The position numbers were made by a program, and so were the translations under genes. Under the pieces are notes generated by a model, which had not been told where the DNA came from, did no database searches, and worked only from the letters and a program-made list of their open reading frames with translations. A DNA stretch of 64,000 nucleotides from positions 2,680 through 66,679 of the forward strand of contig JBJLCC010000011.1 of NCBI GenBank assembly GCA_045567855.1, in the 5' to 3' direction. Positions 55,276-64,000 of this stretch are shown here, piece by piece. The DNA comes from Candidatus Poseidoniales archaeon. GTDB lineage: Archaea > Thermoplasmatota > Poseidoniia > MGIII > CG-Epi1. How positions within the stretch are numbered: position 1 is the stretch's first letter; the number at the start of each line of letters is the position of its first letter.

Positions 55276-56298
55276 TTATGTTATTTTATATCTTAGAATC
55301 ACGGCAGTTCCACCTAATCCAAGTAGCATTTCACCACCGTGGTGATGAGGTGAAATCTCAATTACTTCAGTTCTATTTTTTTGTGCTAATTCTAATAATT
55401 CTAATCCTTCCTTTTCTTTTGTTTTTTCAGAAATTAGTAAAATACTTTCAGCCGCTCCACTTTCAACAGCCCTTCTAACTTCATTTTTTCCGTAAGTTCC
55501 CATATCTTTTGCTATAGCTTCCTTAAGTTTCTCAACAGCAGCCATTTCTTCTTGTATTTTTATCTGAGCCACCGCATTTGGTAAGTCACCTCTACCTATT
55601 GCTTCATGAATCCCAGCCATACCTCCTTGACCGGAGTTCTCAATAACACAGCCTTTGAAAATTTCACGCGCTCTAGACTTACCAACTTCTGCAAAATCTT
55701 CTTTTAAGAATCCAGGACCTATTATGACAATTATAGAATCTTTTATGTGAACTTTGACTATTTGTCTGACAGCTCTCTTGTAGAAATCATTCAGTTCCTC
55801 ACCTCCAGTTGATTTTCCACTGCCTTCTCTGTTAAGTGTTTTCAACTCTCGAATTCCATATGTTCTTAATTCAGCAATAACAATTGAATCACTTTCAACA
55901 GCTATTGCGGTTGCGGTTACGATTGGTTCTGCAGCCTTCTGTAGTCTTTTTCTATGGTGATTAAGCCAAACTTCTTTCCTAACGTCAAATGAATCTCCAG
56001 GTTCTAGAATTAAAGTGTGATGAAGTCCTTGATTATTTTCACCGAGAGAAATCAGACCATGGCATCGAAAACGTTGTCCGAAAGATTGATATTCGAGGTT
56101 CTTAACATCAATGGTAAGTTTCATTTTTTGTTTTTTGCCTCTTTCTTTCTTCAATCTGTCAGACTGTGATGATTCGCGTCTTTCGGTCAAGGCCCTAACT
56201 TGATCACCTTCGCTCAATAGCAAATTTAAATGGTATAAATCATCTTCATTTTCTAATCGAATTTGGTAAACGTTACTATCACGTTTATTGTACTTCAA
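55276..56298 (-). CDS. pelA: Pelota (mRNA surveillance/ribosome rescue factor)
   Basis: 340 aa with an eRF1-like three-domain pattern and IGPGFLKEDF. It lies next to nac and tfb. Confidence 0.8.
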   Translation of the reverse strand: MKYNKRDSNVYQIRLENEDDLYHLNLLLSEGDQVRALTERRESSQSDRLKKERGKKQKMKLTIDVKNLEYQSFGQRFRCHGLISLGENNQGLHHTLILEPGDSFDVRKEVWLNHHRKRLQKAAEPIVTATAIAVESDSIVIAELRTYGIRELKTLNREGSGKSTGGEELNDFYKRAVRQIVKVHIKDSIIVIIGPGFLKEDFAEVGKSRAREIFKGCVIENSGQGGMAGIHEAIGRGDLPNAVAQIKIQEEMAAVEKLKEAIAKDMGTYGKNEVRRAVESGAAESILLISEKTKEKEGLELLELAQKNRTEVIEISPHHHGGEMLLGLGGTAVILRYKIT

Positions 56299-56305
56299 AA
56301 TAACC

Positions 56306-57256
56306 TCACAAGTAGACTACAATATCTAAATTTTTAGCTAATTCCTTGTAACGGTTTCTTATTGTTACTTCGGTAACGCCCACTGTATCAGCAATAGTTT
56401 TTTGCGTTTTTCTCATGTCATGTACAACCGAAGCAATGTATATTGCAGCTGCGGCAACACCGGTAGGCCCTCTGCCAGAGGTTAATTCGGCAGCTATCGC
56501 TTGATTTAATATATTTATTGCAGTATTTTCAACGTCACCAGGCAATTCTAATTCTCTACAGAAACGAATAATGTAAACTGACGGAGATGCCGGTTGAAGA
56601 TTCAATTTTAATTCTCTGGAAATATATCTGTAAGTTCTTCCTACTTCTTTTTTGGATGCTCTTGAAGCTTCAGTAATTTCAGTTAAGGTTCTTGGAACTT
56701 CACATCTTCTGCATGCACCATAAAGGGCTGCAGCAGCGACTCCTTCAACGGATCTTCCCCTAACAAGATTATCCTGCACGGCTCTTCGGTACAGCATAGC
56801 AGCTTCTTCCCTAACTTGTCGGTGTAATCCAATTTTTGAAGCTAATCTGTTGAGTTCGTTAAGTGCCTGTGCCAGATTTCTATCTGCCGAATTTGAGGCT
56901 CTTGTTCGATTTTGCCATTTACGCATTCTGTAAACTTGAGCTCTGTTCTTTGTGGGAACGTTATTTCCGTTAATATCACGTCCACCCCATCCTATATCTG
57001 TTGAAAGACCTTTATCATGAACCATTACAGACATTGGAGCCCCACCTCGTGCCCTTCTTTCATTCTGCTCAGAATCAAAAGCTCTCCATTCTGGCCCTTG
57101 ATCAATTACTTGGTCATCAACAACAAGCCCACAGTTCCTACAGGTTACTTCTCCGCGCTTGTAATCACGTACGATATGTTCCGAGTCACATTCAGGACAT
57201 TCAGTCAATTCTTCAACATCAACTTCTTTGACTTTTTCGGAAATATTCATATTCAT
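56306..57256 (-). CDS. tfb: transcription initiation factor IIB (TFB)
   Basis: Zn-ribbon CPECDS...CRNCGLVV, a B-reader, and two cyclin-like repeats. The start is taken at MNMNISEK (57256 or 57250) rather than the ORF-track start at 57334. Confidence 0.9.
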   Translation of the reverse strand: MNMNISEKVKEVDVEELTECPECDSEHIVRDYKRGEVTCRNCGLVVDDQVIDQGPEWRAFDSEQNERRARGGAPMSVMVHDKGLSTDIGWGGRDINGNNVPTKNRAQVYRMRKWQNRTRASNSADRNLAQALNELNRLASKIGLHRQVREEAAMLYRRAVQDNLVRGRSVEGVAAAALYGACRRCEVPRTLTEITEASRASKKEVGRTYRYISRELKLNLQPASPSVYIIRFCRELELPGDVENTAINILNQAIAAELTSGRGPTGVAAAAIYIASVVHDMRKTQKTIADTVGVTEVTIRNRYKELAKNLDIVVYL

Positions 57257-57275
57257 ACGTATAGAGAATTTTGCC

Positions 57276-57289
57276 AATATAAGCTTTGG
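57276..57289 (-). promoter_or_regulatory. BRE/TATA element of tfb (leaderless geometry)
   Basis: The minus strand reads CCAAAG-CTTATATT. The TATA is centred about 24-30 nt upstream of the two candidate ATGs. Confidence 0.45.
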
Positions 57290-57377
57290 GCCGTTCCCTT
57301 TAAATTCCCCTTTTTGAAAGAAGGTGGAACACAAAAGATAGATAACCTATTTTATGAACCTCGTATGAAGACAATTG

Positions 57378-58526
57378 ATGCGAAGGGTAAGAGATTCTAT
57401 TCACGATTACATTGATTTAGATGATTTAGAGTCCTCTCTAGTTGATACACAACCCTATCAGAGATTACGATGGATAAAGCAATTAGGTTCAGCAAACTTA
57501 GTTTACCCTGGTGCTAATCACACTAGATTGGAGCATAGTATAGGTGTCAGCCATTTAGCTAAGCAAATGGCAAGTCAATCTGGAGTTTCTAAAGATGAAG
57601 TTCATCTAGTTTCTATTGCGGGCTTACTACACGATTTAGGACATTCACCATATTCACATCTAGCAGATGAGTTGCCATTTGGAAAGGATCACGTTGAAGT
57701 AACTCAAGATATTATTAGAGGGAGTAAAATATCAGATATATTCCATGATGAAGGAATAAATGCTAAAGAGATTTGTAGTCTAATTAAAGGAGATCACAAG
57801 TATGGGTCATTAATATCAGGAGACATAGACGGAGATCGTCTTGACTATCTTATGAGAGATTCTCATTACACTGGCGTTAAAACAGGAGTAGATACCGGAA
57901 GATTAGTCACGAAGATGTCTATTTTAGATAATGAGTTAGTAATTGGAGAAAGTGGTTTACCTGTAGTTGAAACATTTTTGACTTCACGTTCAATTATGTT
58001 TCCAACAGTATATTTTCATCCATTCTCAAGAGGAGCTGAATTAATGTTGGCGAGAGCGACTACGGCAGCAATAGTTAATGACCGTTTTTCATATGAATCC
58101 TTTGTTTCATTCACAGACCATAAATTTTTATCTGAATTAGATTCAGCAGGTAATCTTTCGAAAAAATTAGTCAACGATTTTGAGAATAGGAGCATAACAA
58201 AGAGAGTAGTTAGCCTTACTAAAGATGAAACCGAAGAAAGGGGGATATCTAAATCAGACGTTGAAACTCTAGAATCATCAATTGCAGAAAAACTTGATAT
58301 TGAACCTTCAGAAATTTTTATGGATTTGCCACCTTTCAAGGTAGTGCCAGCAATGAAAGTCAAAATTCTTAAAGAAGACGGGACGCTAGATTATGCAAGT
58401 AACATGTCAACCATCACAAAAAGTTTGTATGAAGCACAGTTTGATCACTGGAGGTGCAGAATATATGCTCCACCTAAAATGTCTACACAAGCTTCAGAAG
58501 TTGCGAAAAGGGAATTGGGAATTTAA
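57378..58526 (+). CDS. HD-domain phosphohydrolase (COG1078, dNTPase/SAMHD1-like)
   Basis: HTRLEHSIGV, LLHDLGHSPYSH and DGDRLDYLMRDSHYTGV motifs. Confidence 0.8.
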   Translation: MRRVRDSIHDYIDLDDLESSLVDTQPYQRLRWIKQLGSANLVYPGANHTRLEHSIGVSHLAKQMASQSGVSKDEVHLVSIAGLLHDLGHSPYSHLADELPFGKDHVEVTQDIIRGSKISDIFHDEGINAKEICSLIKGDHKYGSLISGDIDGDRLDYLMRDSHYTGVKTGVDTGRLVTKMSILDNELVIGESGLPVVETFLTSRSIMFPTVYFHPFSRGAELMLARATTAAIVNDRFSYESFVSFTDHKFLSELDSAGNLSKKLVNDFENRSITKRVVSLTKDETEERGISKSDVETLESSIAEKLDIEPSEIFMDLPPFKVVPAMKVKILKEDGTLDYASNMSTITKSLYEAQFDHWRCRIYAPPKMSTQASEVAKRELGI

Positions 58527-60107
58527 ATGTCTAAATCAATACAGAAATTCATTGAAGGATTAAATTGGAAGGTAGAAGATAGTAAATGGGATGGAAATGC
58601 CCATTTATTTTTCGTCAAGGAACCTGAAAATTTAGAAAAGAAATTCGAGGAATTACGTTTGTCTCTTAAGGTTGCTACTACTTTTGGCGCAGGTCGCCTA
58701 TTTCCGATGTTGAGGCGAACTGGTAATGAATTAATATTAGTTATTCTTCCCCAGCCTTCGTTTGATTATTATCAAAGTAGAATTAATTTATACTTACTTT
58801 TAGCCACTTTCTTTACTACTACTTGGGCCGGCGCAATGTGGTGGGCCTCGTACGATGATTCCTCAATAATTGAGATGAACTGGTGGTGGCTTAGAATCCT
58901 TATAAGTCCACAAATATTCTTTATGGGATTTCTCACTTTTTCCTTACCTTTAATGTTAATTCTTGGCGCTCACGAGATGGGTCACTATTATTATGCCAAA
59001 AAGCATAATCTTGATGCTTCCTTGCCGTTCTTCCTACCCATGCCTCCAATGATATTTCCATTTGGAACAATGGGTGCTTTTATTTCAATTAGAGAGCCAA
59101 TACCAAATCGAAAAGCTCTTCTGGATGTTGGTGCAAGTGGGCCAATAGCAGGTCTTTTGGTAGCTATACCAGTAACTCTTCTTGGTTTTTGGCTAACTGA
59201 ATTTTACGCGAGACCGGTTCCAGTAGATTCAGGAGATTCGTTGTTTTTAGGTTCATCTTTTTTCTTTGAATTACTTTTTTCCATTTCTGAAAATTTAAAT
59301 CCCTCATCTGGAGACTATTTATCTCATCCAGTTGTTCTTGCTGGATGGACCGGATTCTTTGTTACTGCCCTGAATTTAATGCCAGCTGGGCAGCTTGATG
59401 GAGGCCATATTGCACGTTCACTGCTTGGTCCAAAAGCAAATCTTTTATCTTTCGTTGTAATAATTTCACTTGTCTTCATGACTTTTTACGGTATTCCCGG
59501 ATTTGGACCTCCTTACATGGGATGGGCGATTTATGCACTTTTGATTTATTTCTTAGGAACTTACCATCCACCACCTTCAGAGGAGCTATCCTCATTAGGT
59601 TCTCCTAGAATATTTGTAGGATTGATTACTGGTTTAATCTTGTTTACAACTTTTACACCTTCACCAATTTTTACGGTAGATTCGCCATTCTCTTTAGACA
59701 TTGATTCAGATGAAGATAATTTTTATCAATATCCGGGTGAAACTAATGTAACGTCAATAAGAATATTGAATAATGGTCAAGAAGACGGATGGGAAAATCT
59801 TTCGCTAAATTTTGATAATAGCATAGATAATGTTACGATTTCCATTGTGGTAGATTTCATTAACCTCTCTTCCGAACCTCAAAGTATAAATGAAACATCA
59901 GATAATTTTAGCCAATATGTTTTCTACGACTCAGAAACTAATTCTACGCTTTTGAATCTATCATCTGGAGATTCAGCTAATTTAACATTAACAATTACAA
60001 CTTTAGAAAATTCGACATTTGATGACTCAAGCTTTGTATTAAGCGTTAAAAGCCGAACAGAAGATGTTTATAGTTCAACCTTTTATTTGTATAATAGAGA
60101 TAAGTAA
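58527..60107 (+). CDS. M50 (site-2 protease family) intramembrane metalloprotease with glycosylation-sequon-rich C-terminal domain
   Basis: HEMGHYYYAKKH (HExxH) lies in a TM helix, followed by NLMPAGQLDGGH. A C-terminal soluble domain follows the last TM helix. Confidence 0.8.
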   Translation: MSKSIQKFIEGLNWKVEDSKWDGNAHLFFVKEPENLEKKFEELRLSLKVATTFGAGRLFPMLRRTGNELILVILPQPSFDYYQSRINLYLLLATFFTTTWAGAMWWASYDDSSIIEMNWWWLRILISPQIFFMGFLTFSLPLMLILGAHEMGHYYYAKKHNLDASLPFFLPMPPMIFPFGTMGAFISIREPIPNRKALLDVGASGPIAGLLVAIPVTLLGFWLTEFYARPVPVDSGDSLFLGSSFFFELLFSISENLNPSSGDYLSHPVVLAGWTGFFVTALNLMPAGQLDGGHIARSLLGPKANLLSFVVIISLVFMTFYGIPGFGPPYMGWAIYALLIYFLGTYHPPPSEELSSLGSPRIFVGLITGLILFTTFTPSPIFTVDSPFSLDIDSDEDNFYQYPGETNVTSIRILNNGQEDGWENLSLNFDNSIDNVTISIVVDFINLSSEPQSINETSDNFSQYVFYDSETNSTLLNLSSGDSANLTLTITTLENSTFDDSSFVLSVKSRTEDVYSSTFYLYNRDK

Positions 60108-60109
60108 TA

Positions 60110-61327
60110 ATGTCAGTTTTCGAAGGTAAAGCATGGATATCTAAACAGGGGCTAGTAGATGTTTCTATTGAAGTAGAAAATGGTTACATTTCTTCAGTTA
60201 AAAAGACAAGTTTTGAACCAAAAGAAGAGAAAGCTCGGGGTCTAATTTTACCTGCAGCCCTTGATATGCATGTTCATTTTAGAGATCCAGGCTATCCACA
60301 TAAGGAAGACTGGAAAACGGGTTCTGAATCTGCGGCTTGCGGTGGAGTTACCGCAGTTGTAGATATGCCAAATACTAATCCATTTACCTCTGATATTTCA
60401 TCATTTAGGGACAAAGAACAAATTGCTAAAAGTAAATCAATCGTAGATTTTGGAATAGGAATTAATGTTGAAGAAAATTTAACTGAGCAAGACTGGTTTA
60501 GTACAGTTCCAGCAGCCTTTTGGAAGTTATATCCCTATGGCATCTCTTCAGATGATTATTTTAGATTGGCTAAAGAGGTTTTAGACAAAACAAAAAAGCC
60601 AATGGTAGTGCACTGTGAGCATCCAGATTATATGTACAATAATCCACTTGAAAAGTTATCAGATCATACTGAAAACCGTTTGGTTGCTGAAGAAAAATGT
60701 CTTGCATCAATGCCTTCATCTGAATATTTGCATGTTGCACATCTTTCGACCGCCAATGGGTTGAAAAATCTTCCACTTCTATCTTCAACAGAAGTTTGCC
60801 CGCATCATTTATTACTAAATTTAGATAATTGTAGTTCGTTAGATTGTAAGGTAGATCCTCCTTTGCGTAAAGTTTCTGACAATACTATTCTTTATGACGC
60901 TTACAGGAATGGCAAAATACCTATCTTAGCAAGTGATCATGCGCCACATACAATTGAAGAAAAGAAATCAGATACTCCGCCTTCTGGAATGCCAGGAGTA
61001 GAAACTATGGTGCCTTTAATGTTACAAGAAGTTGTTGAAAAGCGTTTAGATTTGAGTAGATTAGTAAATAGTATGGCTGAAGCCCCAGCAGATCGTCTTG
61101 GACTTAATAGAGGACGTATAGAAGAAGGCCAACCAGCAGATTTTATGTTTGTAGATTTAAATAATTCAGAGAAAATTAAGGTTGATAATCTTCATTCAAG
61201 AGCGAATTGGACGCCGTTTGAAGGGCGGGAAGCTATATTTCCCCATAAAGTATTTAGACGAGGAAAATTAATATCTGAGAATTCAGAAGTAGTATCTAAT
61301 GGAGGGGGAATAAACCTTTTTGACTAG
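60110..61327 (+). CDS. pyrC: dihydroorotase (amidohydrolase family)
   Basis: DMHVHFRDPG, GGVTAVVDMPNT and ASDHAPH motifs. Confidence 0.8.
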   Translation: MSVFEGKAWISKQGLVDVSIEVENGYISSVKKTSFEPKEEKARGLILPAALDMHVHFRDPGYPHKEDWKTGSESAACGGVTAVVDMPNTNPFTSDISSFRDKEQIAKSKSIVDFGIGINVEENLTEQDWFSTVPAAFWKLYPYGISSDDYFRLAKEVLDKTKKPMVVHCEHPDYMYNNPLEKLSDHTENRLVAEEKCLASMPSSEYLHVAHLSTANGLKNLPLLSSTEVCPHHLLLNLDNCSSLDCKVDPPLRKVSDNTILYDAYRNGKIPILASDHAPHTIEEKKSDTPPSGMPGVETMVPLMLQEVVEKRLDLSRLVNSMAEAPADRLGLNRGRIEEGQPADFMFVDLNNSEKIKVDNLHSRANWTPFEGREAIFPHKVFRRGKLISENSEVVSNGGGINLFD

Positions 61328-61345
61328 TATTTTTTTCTAACGAAA

Positions 61346-61355
61346 CTTTAATACT
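61346..61355 (+). promoter_or_regulatory. TATA-like box for surface protein gene (leaderless geometry)
   Basis: ctttaatact is centred about 28 nt upstream of the ATG at 61378. Confidence 0.35.
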
Positions 61356-61377
61356 GTCATTATTTCAATTACCTATT

Positions 61378-63522
61378 ATGCGAGGTCTTGGCTATTCCTT
61401 AATTTTGCTGGGTTTTTCAATATTATTATTGTCAGCCCCAACAGACGCTGAAGAGTATTCTAATACCGAGTTTTTTTTGGATAGATCTGGGATTGGCGAT
61501 ATTTATGATTTATCAATAGATGAACCTTCAGGAGATAGACCCAAATATTGGAAATGTCGAGACGACCCCGACCAAGCTAATAATTTCTTACCTTTAGCTT
61601 CTTGGGAAATGAATATGGGAGGCCCTTTGGAAGTAGGCGAGTCTTATAGCTACATTATATGGGTAGAATCAACAAATGTTCAAGAAATTAGTTTTAGGAC
61701 AACCATATATATCCGTAGTCAAGATGGTTTCAATAATTTATCAGTTGATGAGGTGAGTAAGTCCTCAGGTTTTGGCTCGTTTTTATCAGAGAATTATACT
61801 ATTGAATTAGAAGGCTCAGATCTTGATAAAAGTTTATTTCCTGATGGAGTTCCAGCTTACACTACTTTAGGAATTAAATTGGAAACAAGCGTTACCTGGG
61901 CTCCAGATACTGACAATAGAACTGTATGGGTCAAAGCAGCCCACTCTGATTTTCTTTCATCTTTTATGTTAGATTTTAAACATATTAACATTGAAGATGA
62001 TGATTACTACTTTGATAATGACAGAGTTGAATCCATAGATGAAGATTCATTATTTATCAAAGTTAATGTAACTAATGCGTTAGGTGCAGACAATTTTGAT
62101 ATTTCATCTGCAGAAATTATGATTGATGGCATTAGTGGAGGAGGAAAATTTAAGGATACAATACAATTGAAGGATAAACACACTTATGCTAAATACATTC
62201 AGGGAAAATGGTGGTATCAAGAGGATAATGATATTACCTCTGGCAATTATGTAATTAAATTTTCATTAAAGGATAATTTTGGTAACACTTGGACATCATC
62301 TATGACTTATTATTTGGAGGTAGATCAATATGGTTTAGAGGTTGAATTTGAGGAAGGTAATAGTGCTAATGGGCAATTACCAAAAGGTGGAAAGACAGAT
62401 TATTCATTTAAGATAATGAACACAGGAAATACCCGAGATATATTTATGATAACAATTAATGATTCGGACATTCCTTCAGGCTGGGAAGTTAGTCTTCAGT
62501 CAGGTTCATCGGTAGACCTTCAAATGGATCAATCATCTTATGTTCTAATTAGAGTAGAAGCTCCAGTCTCAGCCAGGGGAGGTTCATCAGAGAGGGTGAC
62601 AATTACAGTAACTTCTTCAAGTAATGATAATATTTTTGAAGATGTTAGTCTAGTTACTACTGTAAGAACATACGGCGTAGCCTTCCTCTCAGTTCCGGAT
62701 AGAATTAACATTGATCCCGAAGAATTGGACATTGATGGATATTATAAATTTAAAATTAATCTAAGGAATACAGGCAGCGATAAGGATACATTTGATTTGG
62801 GAGTAACCACTTCGCGGAGTGATTGGACAATTCGTGCAGAGGTGCAGGGTAATGATATTTCAGCAGTTACAATCGATAAATCTCAATCTGTTGCAGTAGA
62901 CATTGTTGTTAGGCCAGTTAACTTCGAAGATAGCTTAGGTGAAGAAGTCACATTTTTAATGACTGCAGATTCAATTTCTCCGGGCGATGGTTCAGCAACA
63001 GTCAATTCAAAAATTATAGTGGATGTTCCTGTAGAGAAAATATCAGATTTATCAGTTAGTATAGATGAAGTATTAATAAATAATAAGCCTATTGCAATTT
63101 TGCAACCATTAGACCTTCAAGAAGGCATGCCAATAGTAATTCAATTGACAGTCAACAATAACGGAGGAAAAAGTACAGGTAGTTTCGGAGTAACGCTTTA
63201 CGAGGGCTCTAGAATTGTAGATGAGTTTATTGTTGAACAAGGGATCGGTGGATTTGGTACGGCACCAGTTATTCTAAACTGGGAAACTCCCTCAGAGGGT
63301 TTGAAAACACTTAAAGTATATGTTGATTTCAAACAGCAAACCGATGAATCAAATAGTAAAAGAGCAGATAACACTTTAACCTTACCACTTACAATAAGTG
63401 AGAAGAGCACATCATCATCAAATAGTGAAAGCACAGATGATGCGTTACTTTTTGGTCCTACTTTTCCATTAACACTTGGTGTTTTATCATTTATTTCAAT
63501 TATTTACGGACGTAAAAAATAG
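61378..63522 (+). CDS. large secreted cell-surface protein with repeated Ig-like/CARDB-like domains and C-terminal Ser-rich linker plus TM anchor
   Basis: Signal peptide (LLGFSILLLSAPTDA/EE) and repeated beta-domain signatures (F.I.N.GN..D.F, e.g. YSFKIMNTGNTRDIF, KFKINLRNTGSDKDTF, LTVNNNGGKSTGSF). The C-terminus is SSSNSESTDD-LLFGPTFPLTLGVLSFISIIYGRKK. Confidence 0.7.
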   Translation: MRGLGYSLILLGFSILLLSAPTDAEEYSNTEFFLDRSGIGDIYDLSIDEPSGDRPKYWKCRDDPDQANNFLPLASWEMNMGGPLEVGESYSYIIWVESTNVQEISFRTTIYIRSQDGFNNLSVDEVSKSSGFGSFLSENYTIELEGSDLDKSLFPDGVPAYTTLGIKLETSVTWAPDTDNRTVWVKAAHSDFLSSFMLDFKHINIEDDDYYFDNDRVESIDEDSLFIKVNVTNALGADNFDISSAEIMIDGISGGGKFKDTIQLKDKHTYAKYIQGKWWYQEDNDITSGNYVIKFSLKDNFGNTWTSSMTYYLEVDQYGLEVEFEEGNSANGQLPKGGKTDYSFKIMNTGNTRDIFMITINDSDIPSGWEVSLQSGSSVDLQMDQSSYVLIRVEAPVSARGGSSERVTITVTSSSNDNIFEDVSLVTTVRTYGVAFLSVPDRINIDPEELDIDGYYKFKINLRNTGSDKDTFDLGVTTSRSDWTIRAEVQGNDISAVTIDKSQSVAVDIVVRPVNFEDSLGEEVTFLMTADSISPGDGSATVNSKIIVDVPVEKISDLSVSIDEVLINNKPIAILQPLDLQEGMPIVIQLTVNNNGGKSTGSFGVTLYEGSRIVDEFIVEQGIGGFGTAPVILNWETPSEGLKTLKVYVDFKQQTDESNSKRADNTLTLPLTISEKSTSSSNSESTDDALLFGPTFPLTLGVLSFISIIYGRKK

Positions 63523-63601
63523 CTTTTTTGGAATTAACAAGATTTTATATCAAGCCCATTTTAGAGGTTAATCCGGAGCCTGATATATTCTAGTATTACG
63601 T

Positions 63602-63679
63602 AGCGGGGTGGGGTAGCTAGGAAATCCCGTCGGGCTCATAACCCGGAGATCGATGGTTCAAATCCATCCCCCGCTACCA
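63602..63679 (+). tRNA. tRNA-Met (CAU), initiator-type, CCA encoded
   Basis: Acceptor stem AGCGGGG/CCCCGCT with A1:U72. The anticodon stem ends in three G:C pairs (GGG-CTCATAA-CCC). T arm ATGG-TTCAAAT-CCAT, then ACCA. Confidence 0.9.
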
Positions 63680-63707
63680 CTTTATTAGCAAGCTCTTTTG
63701 GAAGGCA

Positions 63708-64000
63708 TTGAGAAAAAACTTTGAACACACTGCAGACATCGGAATTGAGATTGAATCTCCGACCCTTTCAGAGGCTTTTCAAGAAGTATCACTTAGTTTC
63801 TCTGAAATAATTACGGGCGGTAGTCTACCTGAAGTTTTAACCTCTAAAGAAGTTTTTTTGGAGTCCGACAACCTTGATTCTCTTTTAGTTGATTTTTTGT
63901 CTTATTTAATCGTATTGTTCGATACTGACGATTTTATAGCTGGTTCAGCAAAATTAGAAGTTTCTAAAAAAAATAGTTTCCAATTAGCTGGAAAGTTAGT
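63708..64000 (+). CDS. archease (3'-truncated by window edge; not in the ORF track)
   Basis: My own translation of frame 3 gives (TTG)RKNFEHTADIGIEIESPTLSEAFQEVSLSFSEIITGG...LLVDFLSYLIVLFDTDDF. FEHTADIG is the archease N-terminal signature. The frame is open from 63642 to the window end, and TTG at 63708 is the only canonical start. Confidence 0.7.
   Translation, partial: MRKNFEHTADIGIEIESPTLSEAFQEVSLSFSEIITGGSLPEVLTSKEVFLESDNLDSLLVDFLSYLIVLFDTDDFIAGSAKLEVSKKNSFQLAGKL

Noticed and set aside
63582-63589. gatatatt as the TATA box of the initiator tRNA gene
   Set aside because: It is centred only about 17 nt upstream of the mature tRNA 5' end, too close for the usual archaeal spacing of about -26. 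An alternative ttttatat at 63544-63550 is possible but unsupported.
1-64000. CRISPR arrays, IS elements/transposases, rRNA genes, integrases and toxin-antitoxin pairs
   Set aside because: Reading both strands, I found no regularly spaced repeats, no transposase/integrase-like ORFs and no rRNA-like sequence. The window looks like a core chromosome, not an accessory island.

Overview
AT-rich archaeal chromosomal segment that is almost fully coding, with about 66 protein genes, 2 tRNAs and no rRNA, CRISPR array, IS element or prophage that I can see. The archaeal assignment rests on the information-processing genes: TFB, Pelota, NAC, ABCE1, ribosomal protein uS15 (S15P/S13e type), class I CCA-adding enzyme, archease, RibL-type FAD synthetase, geranylgeranyl reductase, class III (prepilin-like) signal peptides, and A1:U72 tRNA-Gln and initiator tRNA-Met. 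These sit alongside many bacterial-looking aerobic and heterotrophic genes: PntAB, acyl-CoA dehydrogenase, PPDK, aconitase, RmuC, RusA and an RND/MMPL exporter. This gene mix resembles marine planktonic Thermoplasmatota (Marine Group II / Poseidoniales-like), but that is inference only. Many gene pairs are translationally coupled through TAATG, ATGA or GTGA overlaps, and TATA-like boxes often lie about 25-30 nt upstream of start codons, which suggests leaderless transcripts. The most interesting region is a co-directional minus-strand array at 7298-12982. There, a Rieske/cytochrome b module has its cytochrome b C-terminal subunit fused to a 2x[4Fe-4S] domain. It is followed by a CCG-domain (HdrB/GlcF-like) protein and a flavodoxin-ferredoxin fusion, with no cytochrome c1/f. 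I propose this as a non-canonical quinol-oxidising complex. Other notable items are listed below.
- Two separate Tad/Epd-like type IV filament loci with split platform genes (16987-23782 and 41929-44500).
- A stand-alone, strongly signalled pilin gene flanked by an 11-nt palindromic motif.
- A split Tpa1/OGFOD1-like 2OG-oxygenase gene pair.
- A lone RusA resolvase gene with locally raised G+C.
- An M50 protease with a sequon-dense tail.
- An initiator tRNA immediately followed by an archease gene that has no ATG start.
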